Part shown: positions 37,277 through 48,344 of the stretch, piece after piece
Numbering within the stretch: the first letter of the stretch is position 1
How the letters are laid out: each line of letters opens with the position of its first letter
Assembly: GCA_937625935.1 (NCBI GenBank)
Contig: OW569391.1
Coordinates: 317,949-381,948, forward strand
DNA: 64,000 nucleotides
From: Tetramitus jugosus
Taxonomy: Eukaryota > Protista > Heterolobosea
Direction: 5' to 3'
Made by a program: the position numbers and the translations under genes
Notes under the pieces: generated by a model
The model's database searches: none
What the model was told of the DNA's origin: nothing
Seen by the model: only the letters and a program-made list of their open reading frames with translations

Positions 37277-37439
37277 GAATTTTAGGTCACAAATAATTGC
37301 CAAAATAACATATCGCGTGAATTGATATTTCCTGGAACCGACTTCAGTACTTAATTGGTACCACATGGGTCCATTTTTGTTGCCCAGCCATTCCTTGGGA
37401 CGTTATCCAAGATCTAACTAACGATTGTGTACCCTTCAG

Positions 37440-40400
37440 ATGCCAACAGAGAAAAAAATGGTTCGTTTGGTGGATGCCTCTGCTGATGGCAATGTGTCTG
37501 AAGTGTCTAGAATTCTGCGAGCAAAGACAGTTGATATAAACAATGAACGTTTGGGTGTATGTCACACATTTGAACATCTAATCACAAAAGAGCCATGTGG
37601 TAACATTTTGCTTTGATTAGGGAAAAAATTCGCTGCATTTCGCGTCAGAGAATGGCCATGCAGCTATTGTTGAGCTGCTATTGCACGGTGGCGCCGATGT
37701 GAATGCTAAAGCAACAGTGAGTATTGAAAATATTCTGTAGTGCTCTTGTTCTATTGTTTGACACGTTTGTGATATAATATAGAATGTATGTCGTTGATTG
37801 CTTGCTGTATTGTGGTTGGTTTAATGTATTGGTAACACATCGAATTAGGATTGCCATGCTTTGCATTTTGCAGCAAAGGATGGTCATACATCTATTGTTG
37901 AGTTGCTGCTGCAGAGTGGTGCTGATGTGAATGCTAAAACAACAGTAAGTATAGAAGTCGTTTTCATTTTGCTCTTGTTCATTGTTTTGACACATTTGTG
38001 GTATAATAGAATGTAAGTAGTTGGATTTGAGGACTGTCGACTTTATATTAAATTGACACTTTCTATGGAATAGAATGTAAGTTGATTGTTTGATGAATTT
38101 TTGTTGATTTTGCACTGATTAACCAATTGATAATTTAGGATTGCACTGCTCTGCATTTTGCAGTGGAGAGTGGACATTTAACTATTGTTGAGTTGTTACT
38201 ACAGAGTAACTCTGTTGTGAATGCCAAAACTAAAGTTAGTATTGAATATATTTGCTGATTCACTCTTGTTCGATTGTTTGACACATTTATGTAATAGGCA
38301 GTAAGTTTTTATTGGTTGATGAATTGTTATCATTTGGCACTTTTTGACGCATTCTATTAGGGTTGCACTGCTCTGCATTTCGCAGCAGGGTATGGCCACA
38401 CAGCTATTTTTAAGTTATTGTTGCAGCATGGCGCTGATGTTAATGCCAAACCAAATGTTAGTATTGAATTTTTTTGCTCCTTCAGTATTGTCCAGTTGTT
38501 CAATTGTTAACATTTCGATATGATAGGATGTAAGTTGTAAATAGGTTAGTGTATCGCTTTTGTTTTTACACTTGTTGACCCATCGAATTAGGAGTGGACT
38601 GCTTTACATTTTGCTTCGCAGAATGGTCATGCAGATATAGTCGAATTTTTATTGCAGAGTGGTGCTGATGTGAATGCCAAAACAATAGTGAGTATTGAAT
38701 ATGTTATTCATTTTTGTTCGATTGTTCGATTTTTGACACATTTCCTATCTAATAGAATGTAAGTCGTTGCTTATTGGGTGAATTATTGTTGATTCTCATT
38801 TGACACATTGAATTAGGGTTGCACCGCTTTGTATTTCGCGCTACAATTTGGACACAGGAGAATTGTTGAGTTGTTAATTTTATATGGTTCTCTCGTCGAT
38901 CAAGTTTTAGTAAGTATTTATTCCTCTTCGTCACCGTGCTATTTTCAATTCTAACATTTTCCTTAAGGACGAGCTCTCTATCTATCCCGAGGTGCTAGAG
39001 ATGCTGGAGGACAACTGCGTATACATCTACCACAAGATGCAGGAGAGCAAGATTCAGGCCATACACGATGTTCATCGTCAAAACTTGATAGATTGGCAGA
39101 GAGATCATGCGGCTGGACAGCAAAGAGCAGAATCTGAAATTGAAAATCTAAAGCTTCAAATAAGACAGGTGCCAAAGGAATTGAGACATATAATACAAAA
39201 AGAAACTGATTGGATTCAGAATAACAAGTTTGATACTTTTAAGTACTTGCTCAATCTCGAGGAATTTGTGGGTGCCAGGCCTGTACTAAATGATAGAGAC
39301 GAACATCGATTGATGAATGAGATTGAAGAAGGCAGAAAGAAGCACTTGGAGTTGAACGACAGGATTCAGATCAAAGAAGTTACGATGAGGGAGAGAAAGG
39401 AGCTCATTCGAGCAAGGACAAACAATTTGAAAGACTTATTAACAAAGTTAGATGATTCAATAGAAATGCGAGGTCGAAAAATAGAGAACTTGTCATGTCA
39501 ACTAAGATCTGGTGATTTAGCATCAACTGAAACTAAAAACACTGAGAGGAATAAGCAGTTCGATGAATTAATGAGGCAAAGGGAAGAATTTCACTCCTCC
39601 CTGTCTGTTCTTATTGAAAAATCGCGCTCTTATTTGGATTGTTTGAGTCAAAGTGAAAATGAGCTTAATCGATTACACACTGGCGAACTGATAGAAAAGA
39701 AAAGCAGAATTATGAAGGATGCCAAAGAGGAAATCGAGAGTGTTCGTGTATTGCAAGATTCATGTAATGGCTTGAAGCAACAAATGCAAGTCTTTGACAA
39801 AAATTCAGACGAAGCCCAACACTTGATTGAACAATTCGCAAGTAATAACAAACAGAAGAACCAACTTTTAGTCGATTCTATAAAAATTGATTTGGAGATT
39901 GCACGGCTACTTGCAGATTCTGATGAGGATGAATCAGAAAGTAATGATGATCGAATCTCTGAACTAACCAGAGAAAAAGAGGACAAGAAACGAGAGATTG
40001 ACCAGAATGAGAAAGAGAAGCGAGATTTAGAAAAGAACTTGTCCAAACACGCACACTATGGTGAAATCAAGATGTTACTACCAAAATATCAATCAACTGA
40101 TAGACGAATTAAAGATTTCACATACGTTAGAGATGCTGATGGAAGACATGGCCCAGTGAAATTGTATGAAAATATCAAAGGAGAGTTAGTGGTGTTAACG
40201 AAATTTTTACACGATGGTCAACACTGTTCATTTGAAAGAGAAGCAGCAATTCAGAAGTTGAGGCATCCCTTAATCCTTCCAATCAATACTATTTTTTATG
40301 AAGGTGATGTTGCCTATGTTGAAGCTCCATTTGTTGAAGGTAGAAGTATGAGAGACTGGATGAAAAATGGTAAAGAAAAAACAGGAGTTGAAATACAAAG

Positions 40401-42051
40401 TATGATTCGTCTTGTTGCCCAAGGCATCCAATATTTGCATAACAAGGGTGTGATTCATGGTGATTTAACACCAGAGAGTATCTTGATGAAACAGAATGCC
40501 CATGACGAGACATGTATTCCAATCATTTGTGATTTAGAATTGATCAACAACAAAAATGTTGTATGTAAATCAACCCTTCGCGCAGGAGCCATGAAATACA
40601 CCAGTCCTGAGCGTACTCTACATAACGAACAACCAAGTACAAAAGCTGATGTTTGGTCTTTGGGCATTATCATACTGGAATTACTATCATTCCCAAGAGA
40701 GATCACAGCCCACATCGCAACTGATCTGAACGAAGTTTCATCCTCATTGAACATCCAACAATGGAATGAGAATCTTCAAGCTGTTACTTCACTATATGAA
40801 TTGTTAGTTTGTATGCTAAAGGAGGAAGTTGATGAGCGTTTTGAGATTTCGGATGTTTTGAATCATGCGTTCTTGAACAGCACAATTGAAAAGCAAAAAG
40901 CAGCTACAACTAACACAGAGGGGAGACTGAGTCGAATGAAGCAACGCATATCAAATAAGATTCTCACGGCAGATCAGAGCACACATGTCGTGAGATTGAG
41001 CGAGACCAATCATTTGATGGAGCAATTACTCGATACTTTCTATTCGATGACGAACGACGAAATAGTTAAGAAGTTAATTGTGAGTTTTGACAGTGAAGAG
41101 GCAATTGGTTCTAGTACCCTAACGACATCACTCTACTCAACGCTATTCAATGAGGTAGCAGGAACCTTGCTCGAGAAAGTGGACAATGGTAACTTGTTCA
41201 TTCCTATGTGTGACGATAGTGAAGATCAAACCAAGCAAATGGTAAATGAAGAGAAGTTCGAAGCAATGGGAAAAGCATTGATCAAGATAATATTGGATCA
41301 AAAGACTATACCATTGTGTCTCGCTCCATATTTTATGAGATACTTACTCTGTAGTGATGAGAAGGAATGTGATTTCGAAAACTCCATGATATTCATGAGA
41401 GATGTCGATATGATTGATTCAGAGTTTGGAAGAACTATGAGGCACATAATGGCCGTGAATGACTTTGATAGTTTATGTCTTAATTTTACCGTAATTGATG
41501 CGAATGACAACAGAATTGTTGACAAGTCCAACAAGAAGGAATTCATCAAGAAGAGAATACAAAAGAAACTTTTTGGTGATCGAATGAGGAATATGAAGGC
41601 TGTTAGAAAGGGTTTTAGAAGTCTTGTTGAGTTACAGCCATATCTTGACGAGATGAATGAAAGAGATTTAGCGATACTAATTGCAGAACAACAATTTGTT
41701 GACAAGGAGTTTTTGTTGGAGAATTGTATTGATTGTAGAGGCGATGCCAATGATTGTTCCAATTTGATTCATGTACTGCAATCATTGAACAATGAACAAT
41801 TGCAATTGCTGTTATTTTTTGCAACAGGTCAAGCTGGAATGTTCAATGGAGGATCTAATGAAGCATTGTGGAATTCCAATGATACCACACCATACAGAAG
41901 AGATTGCATTACATTCAGATTCTATGATCCATCAGAGAATGAAGATAGTTTACCCGTAGCACACTTATGCTTCTATTGTATCGATATGCCAAAGTGTGAT
42001 TCAGTTGAAATGATGAAAACGAAGCTGATTCGAGCGATAGAAGCGTTATAA
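37440..42051 (+). CDS. Ankyrin-repeat / coiled-coil / degenerate kinase / HECT-like protein. Exons 37440-37556, 37621-37716, 37849-37944, 38139-38234, 38361-38456, 38592-38687, 38817-38909, 38968-42051, plus 3-nt micro-exons 37783-37785, 38010-38012, 38074-38076, 38298-38300, 38527-38529, 38756-38758
   Basis: Each 96-nt phase-0 exon encodes xxxALHFAxxxGHxxIVELLLxxGADVNAK. The large exon carries HGDLTPESIL, YTSPE, ADVWSLG and LPVAHLCF. Confidence 0.82.
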
Positions 42052-42232
42052 TGAGGATAAGGGAAGGGTTTCAAGATGATCAATAAAGGTTTCGTTTTTT
42101 CTGTTTTTGTCTACTGCATGAACTTGAATCATCTTGAGATGAGACGACGAGGCGGAAGAAAGCGAACTCTTTTCAGGAACTTGTGTTTCCAATAAAAGTC
42201 AAAAAAACAGAAACAAACAACAAACACAAAGA

Positions 42233-43237
42233 ATGACAAAGCACAAGCAAAAGCAATCTCGCCGAGACAAAACCAATGATGATATTTTCACTGACACACA
42301 AAAATGGAGTGTGGATAGTTTGAAACAGTTTGCACGAAAGACGTTTCGTGATGAAACTTGGTACATACAGGACTACTTTATTACTTATTCTTTTGGTTCT
42401 GGAATGCACGTTCAATCCTTTAGGTTCTTTGATTTGTATAATCAGGATATTGACAAATTGTTGCAGACACTTGTGACAACTCAAACATTGCTGGTTCATC
42501 CATATCCAAAGAAATGTGAAGTATTTGATAAGACCGATGTCAGATTGCCATTGGTTATTACCTATGATCAACATGTTGATAAGATTGGAAGATTTGAATG
42601 GAGACATAGGCGTGTTGTCGAAAGTACTTGGAAAGACTTTGTATTGGATGTATGGGACATTCAATGCAGATCAGCAGAAGAGACAAAAGATCATTATGTA
42701 TTGTTGGATAATTTGTATCAATTGTTCCAGCAAATATACAAGAAAGCAAATATGCAACTAGAGAATCAAGCAGTTAAGCCAAATACTCAAGCAGATAGCA
42801 AGTCAGTACTGTATGTTCGTAAACTCATTAATGAGGCAAGTACAACTCAAGTAAGAGAATTATGTGAGCAATATGGCACTGTGAATGCAGTGGAACCAAT
42901 CTGGGAGAGAGTGTCACCATTTAGTGGTAAACATATGTTGGTCACATTTGAAAAGGAAGCAGACGCTCGCACAACACAACTAAAATTGAATAGAGCTAAT
43001 TCTCATCTGGCCAGAACAGACGCCTACACTCCAAAACAATTACTGGTTGAATTTGCAGAAGCCAATCTAATCAATGGCATGGATGATCTGATACAATTTG
43101 CGCCTGCTCCAAAAAATGTTAAAGTGTTCGTGGAACATGGTTTTTGCACTGGATTCCAAGGAGGCTTTAGATATTTTGTTGTGATGCCTGAAACACACTA
43201 TGTGTACTGTTTCACTGGATACAATGAAGCCAGATGA
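42233..43237 (+). CDS. Hypothetical protein with a degenerate RRM-like domain
   Basis: 334-aa ORF; VLYVRKL...ELCEQYGTV...HMLVTFE. Confidence 0.6.
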   Translation: MTKHKQKQSRRDKTNDDIFTDTQKWSVDSLKQFARKTFRDETWYIQDYFITYSFGSGMHVQSFRFFDLYNQDIDKLLQTLVTTQTLLVHPYPKKCEVFDKTDVRLPLVITYDQHVDKIGRFEWRHRRVVESTWKDFVLDVWDIQCRSAEETKDHYVLLDNLYQLFQQIYKKANMQLENQAVKPNTQADSKSVLYVRKLINEASTTQVRELCEQYGTVNAVEPIWERVSPFSGKHMLVTFEKEADARTTQLKLNRANSHLARTDAYTPKQLLVEFAEANLINGMDDLIQFAPAPKNVKVFVEHGFCTGFQGGFRYFVVMPETHYVYCFTGYNEAR

Positions 43238-43376
43238 ATCTTCGTTGTCCATGATAAAAAGAACTTGCGGGGTTTTGTTTTCATGTCGGTGCATTTTGTT
43301 CCGTCTTGGAACAAAGAGCTCCGGACTCGTTTCTTCGACCTAAAAGCTGCAAAACTAACAATTCATACCACACCAA

Positions 43377-44216
43377 ATGAACGATCCAATCATCCATAAG
43401 GACAATCCTGGGTTTTCTTTTTGGATTGATCTCTGCTCTATCCTCAAACCGGACACTCACTTGCACAATCTCAATCTCAGAAAACTCGATCCAATGACCA
43501 AGTTACCCAATGAAGAAAAGGAGGTGATTCTCACTGAGTTCAAGAATGCACAAGAGAGAACAAAGAGCAGTTGTTGCCAAGTCCATCACATCTTGCTAAA
43601 GTTGGGAAGTCACATTCTCAGTGATGTCCACCAACAAGAGGTCTCGTTACTGACCGATATATTGGCGCAGCTCGAACATTTGGGAATGAGCAGTAGCAAG
43701 TTGGTTGCATTTGTCCACACATGTCGAGCTATGCTCTATTATCGCCATAAACGCTTCATGGATGCAGTCGACGACCTGAATATTGCCATTTCGATTGATT
43801 CCCAACATTCAGGTGCTTATTGTAATCGTGCGTTGAGTAGGTTGGACAGTATCAACGAATTGGGATTAATTTCGACAATTTCGACAAATCTGTCCATTTG
43901 GAACGATATATCAGAATCAATTCGCCTTGACTCCACTTATACACGACCCTACTGTGTCAGAGCAAAGATTCATGTGTTGTGTAGCGACCATCATCGGGCA
44001 CTGAAAGAAGTTGCGGTAGCTTTTTCTTTTGATCCATCCTGCCGGAGGGTAAATGACTGGATGGCATTTCTTTATGGCCGAGTTGGCAAGTATGTGTGTT
44101 CGTATTGGCATAACTCGTTCATCCTTGATAGTGTAGATAGTGCAGCTACCGATCGCCGGCGACTAATGTTGAAGAACAAAATGTATCAGGCGAGCAAAGA
44201 TCCATTGTTCTCTTGA
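43377..44216 (+). CDS. TPR-repeat protein
   Basis: AVDDLNIAISIDSQHSGAYCNRA; ESIRLDSTYTRPYCVRA. Confidence 0.65.
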   Translation: MNDPIIHKDNPGFSFWIDLCSILKPDTHLHNLNLRKLDPMTKLPNEEKEVILTEFKNAQERTKSSCCQVHHILLKLGSHILSDVHQQEVSLLTDILAQLEHLGMSSSKLVAFVHTCRAMLYYRHKRFMDAVDDLNIAISIDSQHSGAYCNRALSRLDSINELGLISTISTNLSIWNDISESIRLDSTYTRPYCVRAKIHVLCSDHHRALKEVAVAFSFDPSCRRVNDWMAFLYGRVGKYVCSYWHNSFILDSVDSAATDRRRLMLKNKMYQASKDPLFS

Positions 44217-45172
44217 GAAGCTTTCCTTAGAGCTTTTTCATCATGAAATGCTGCTTCGCTCCACACATGACCAAAGGTAAGAATCACGCATGGATGCAAT
44301 ATGAATTGCGAAAACAATGGTTGACCGAGCGTTAATTCCTTCAAACTGGTTTCATCTTAACCAAAAAAATTGTTTACACTCACCATCATTTTCATAACTT
44401 TGGCCATACAATAAGATCCAAATTTGTTGACATTTCGCCTCGTTCACTTGTTGTATTATTGTGTTTAGATGACTTTGCTGTGTTTTCACTCTTCCTCTCG
44501 TTTTCGTCGTTGATTCTACTATGGTTTTTTGGAGGAGAAGTTGCGCCAGTTGTAGATGAGTCAGACACATTGCCCGACGTTCACAAGTCCCCGCTCTCGT
44601 TGCTGAGCGAGAACTGGCGAGCCTCTCCACGGACACCCCAGATGGCGATGCGAAAAAGAACATGTGAGTCTTGGTCTCCGGGCGAACCTTGTGGAATTTT
44701 AAGAAGAACGATAATGAACCAAGGATGAGGTCACTGGGAGCCGGGCATCGATTAACTGCAAAGAAACGGTTATCATCTACACCTACAAGACTGGCGGAAG
44801 ATCGAACTAGGTTCATGGGGTTCGTTTGATCAAAAAGGATAATGAAAGGAAGCTACTACTATCCGAGAAACATGGATCCTTTATCGATCTCACAATTTGG
44901 CTTTCCCCAATACAAAATAAATAGACTGGCATGATTGTTCTCTTCAAAGCAGAGCCAACGAAAATGATCTATGTAGAGCTTGAGTCACAGGCATGACCAC
45001 AGTACTCGCACCCTTTACACAACGAGCATTCTCCACGAAAACACAAGATTCCATGCGAGGCGATTTGATGTTCTGATGTGCCTCGACCCTTGACGAACCG
45101 CCAAGCAATGATGACTTGTTCAGGCGCGGAATAAAAACGACTTGTTCAACAAAAAAAACGAAAAGAACAACG

Positions 45173-46576
45173 ATGAGTCAGCAGTGCAACGAAGGCAATC
45201 AAGAAACTACGACCACTGCGACTGTTGTACAACCAGTGATTCCAACAGGAATCAGGTTTCATCACAATGGTCGGGTCGTTGCCAAGGGGATATTAGAGTA
45301 CATTGACAAGATTTATTCTGTGGTGACACTCAAAACGATAAAGGCTGAATTGAACGATCTTCCTGTGCCATTTCGGGAACTCAAAGCAGGACAACAATTT
45401 TCAAAGGTGCATGAAATTTTGGAAAAGTTGTACCCAAAGACGAACAAGAATCCTGTGACGACTTGGGTTGCGAGAGTATCGGTTAAAGTTGGTGAAGAAT
45501 GGAAATTGATTGAAAATGGAAACAGAGATAAGCCATCGAAGAATGGTGTTGATCTGAATGAGTCTGTTGCGAAAAAGAGAAGGTTCTCAAGAAAGGAACT
45601 TGCAGAGCATGCAGTCAATAAGAGAAAAAGAGAAGAGTTTTATCACATGTTTCGGAGCGATTCTAGCAACTCAAAGAATGTATCTCGGGTATCTGATGAG
45701 AATAGCGATAGTGACATTGAAGAAAGCAACACGACTGGCGCTTCTTCAACTTGTCCTGTGGAAATCACTGAAGATGTATCTGATGATCCAGTAAACCCAA
45801 GACTACCCTCAACCATTCCAATTCCCACTGGCATTAGATTTCTCAAGGATCGCAGCATGGTTGCACAAGGTGAACTCCTTTTTGTTGACAGTCAATACTC
45901 TGTTGTGCATCTAGACAATGTGGTTGACCGCAAAGACATTGTTCCACAAGTCAAGAAGTTGAAAGGAGTCACTTTTTCAAGAATTGGCCTCTTTTTGGAT
46001 CTTCTCTATCCCAAGAAGGGCAAAGCTTCGAATCGTTGGGCAGGAAGAGTTGAAATCATGGTTCGTGGCAAGTGGGAGATTTTCAAGTACAAAGACCCTA
46101 GTCAAACGACAGAGTGTCTCACAAGAGAGTACTTGATAAGTCATTGTGTGAATAGGAACAAAAGAGAGCAATTCAATCATCTTACAATGGATATCCTTCC
46201 AAAGAAGCGAAATCGTGAAGATGATGATGATGATGATGACGATGAGAATGACTCTGACAATACTACTTTTATTAAACCAACATCAAAGAAAAGCAGACTT
46301 ACAGAGACTCCGCATTCACCCTCGACTACAGAAAGAACCAACTCAACAACGATAGAATCATCTGAACAAGAATCATCGCTCCAAACACCAGTATCACGGT
46401 CATTGAGTGACGCTGACCCACTTGCTGATCACATAAGGTTAGTGCTTGATAAACTGATTCAGATTGATGATGAAATCAAACGAAAACGGGATGCGATCAT
46501 TCAATTGCAAGAAGAAATGAAAAAGTTAGAGGAGGAAAAAGCAACATTTAGGCGGTTGTTCACTCCTTACCTCTAA
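45173..46576 (+). CDS. Subtelomeric family member 1 (two copies of an unknown ~110-aa domain, acidic/basic tracts, C-terminal coiled coil)
   Basis: IPTGIRF...VAxG...W(V/A)xRV occurs twice; paralogous to 46809-47615 and 51841-53232. First ATG is at 45173. Confidence 0.8.
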   Translation: MSQQCNEGNQETTTTATVVQPVIPTGIRFHHNGRVVAKGILEYIDKIYSVVTLKTIKAELNDLPVPFRELKAGQQFSKVHEILEKLYPKTNKNPVTTWVARVSVKVGEEWKLIENGNRDKPSKNGVDLNESVAKKRRFSRKELAEHAVNKRKREEFYHMFRSDSSNSKNVSRVSDENSDSDIEESNTTGASSTCPVEITEDVSDDPVNPRLPSTIPIPTGIRFLKDRSMVAQGELLFVDSQYSVVHLDNVVDRKDIVPQVKKLKGVTFSRIGLFLDLLYPKKGKASNRWAGRVEIMVRGKWEIFKYKDPSQTTECLTREYLISHCVNRNKREQFNHLTMDILPKKRNREDDDDDDDDENDSDNTTFIKPTSKKSRLTETPHSPSTTERTNSTTIESSEQESSLQTPVSRSLSDADPLADHIRLVLDKLIQIDDEIKRKRDAIIQLQEEMKKLEEEKATFRRLFTPYL

Positions 46577-46808
46577 CCACCACAAGTTACTTCTAAACTA
46601 GGGTTGATTCATCAATTTTGCACTTATCAAATAAGGACACGACTTTGCGAGTCATGGGAGAACTACTTCGGCTTTGATGATCAAGTGTACAACATTGAGT
46701 GGACTTGCCCAGAGCGTCTGGACGCACTGGAAAAAAGTGTCGGCTCGCCAAAAAAAAGGAAAGCAACAAAAGAAAGCACACAACAAAAAAAAAGCACACA
46801 TCTAGACC

Positions 46809-47615
46809 ATGTCCCAAGCTCCTCTACCAAAACCACTTCCACCATCCATCTCAATTCCCTGTGATATCAGATTTCATAGGGATAATAAGGTTGTTGCCAG
46901 TGGTGAATTACTATTTCTTGATAGTAAAATGTCTGTTGTGAACATCAAGAGTGTGGCAGATCGTAAAGATATTCCCAAAGAAATCAAGGATATGAAAGGA
47001 GTGACTATTCCAAAAATTGGTCAATTACTTGATTTACTTTATCCTAGATTGACCAAAGCTACTAATCATTGGGCAGGAAGAGTTTCAATAAAGTTGGGTG
47101 CAGAATGGGAGTTGTTCAAGTACAATGATCCTACTGGGGAGAGAACCAATTTGACCAAAGATTATTTGGTACTTCATTGTAAGAACAAGAACCAAAAACG
47201 CCAGTACAGGCACCTGCTATCTATCAACTCTTCAAAGAAGCCAGCACGTCAACATGAAACTAAAAAGCATATTGAAGATGATTCTGACGATTCCGATCTG
47301 GATCAGAGCTATTTGGAACCAACATCAAAGAAAAGCAAAGTTACGGAGGCATCTGATTCGCCCTCGACTACTGAAAGAAGAGCAACAAGAAATAGCCCAA
47401 CAACACCAGAATCCAAGCCACAATCATCCACCTCTTCTATCACAAATGCCCTTGACGAACAAGCTCGTTCTATGATGTCCGTAATTGATAATCAAATTGC
47501 AGAAGAAACTGAGAAAATGGAAGAAGCAAAAGTTAAATACCATAAATTGCGAGATAATGTTAATGTACTGAAGAGGAAAAGAGAAGCCTTAGATCAGTTC
47601 TATCAAACAAAGTGA
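46809..47615 (+). CDS. Subtelomeric family member 2 (single domain)
   Basis: IPCDIRFHRDNKVVASGELLFLDS...NHWAGRVSIK; the tail is almost identical to that of 51841-53232. Confidence 0.8.
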   Translation: MSQAPLPKPLPPSISIPCDIRFHRDNKVVASGELLFLDSKMSVVNIKSVADRKDIPKEIKDMKGVTIPKIGQLLDLLYPRLTKATNHWAGRVSIKLGAEWELFKYNDPTGERTNLTKDYLVLHCKNKNQKRQYRHLLSINSSKKPARQHETKKHIEDDSDDSDLDQSYLEPTSKKSKVTEASDSPSTTERRATRNSPTTPESKPQSSTSSITNALDEQARSMMSVIDNQIAEETEKMEEAKVKYHKLRDNVNVLKRKREALDQFYQTK

Positions 47616-48344
47616 GAACTGGAACTGATCTCGAGTAAAGAGCAATAAACTGTGTACATTAACTCATTCTTGGTCAGTCTCAAAGTTCGGCCTATGCTGG
47701 ATACTCTGGTGTCTGTATCTTGCCTGTAACTAGCTCGACCAGATTTCTTTCCTTGTGTCAGAACCTGAATTGGTCACAACCGACCCATACAGTTGACTGT
47801 AGAATATTTCGAACCAGGGCATCAACAAGAACACTAATTGACACGCATGGAGTGATAGATAAATAATGTTGACACCAACCTTGATCAATGTTAAACCAAT
47901 GAAAGGATATTGGCTTGCCATTTTCTGCGCGGTTGCGCGGCGCACACCGCGGTTTTCAACGGCACACTCACTGGTTGCAGAATGTGCCTTTGAAAACCGC
48001 GGATTGACATCTTGGCACCGCGGCGACACCATAACACGACCATCCAGATGATACAAGTCGGCAAGTCCTGTAGATGCTGACCAACACCAGCGTTAAGCAT
48101 GTGCAGAACGCACACGATGCGTAGGTTGCGCAATGCACATCTGCGGTGACTCGCTGTTCGTTGAATGTTCGTATTTTTTTAGCATGATGTGTGATGCTTT
48201 TGATGGAGCCACAATTTCTCCCATTGGCCACTGTTTTTCTTACAACAAGATTTGGGTCACCTCAAACCACTATTTAAAGGTGGTACCAACTTTCTCTGAA
48301 GAGAAAAACAACAAACTTAAATCATACCAACCATCTTTTCTGTA

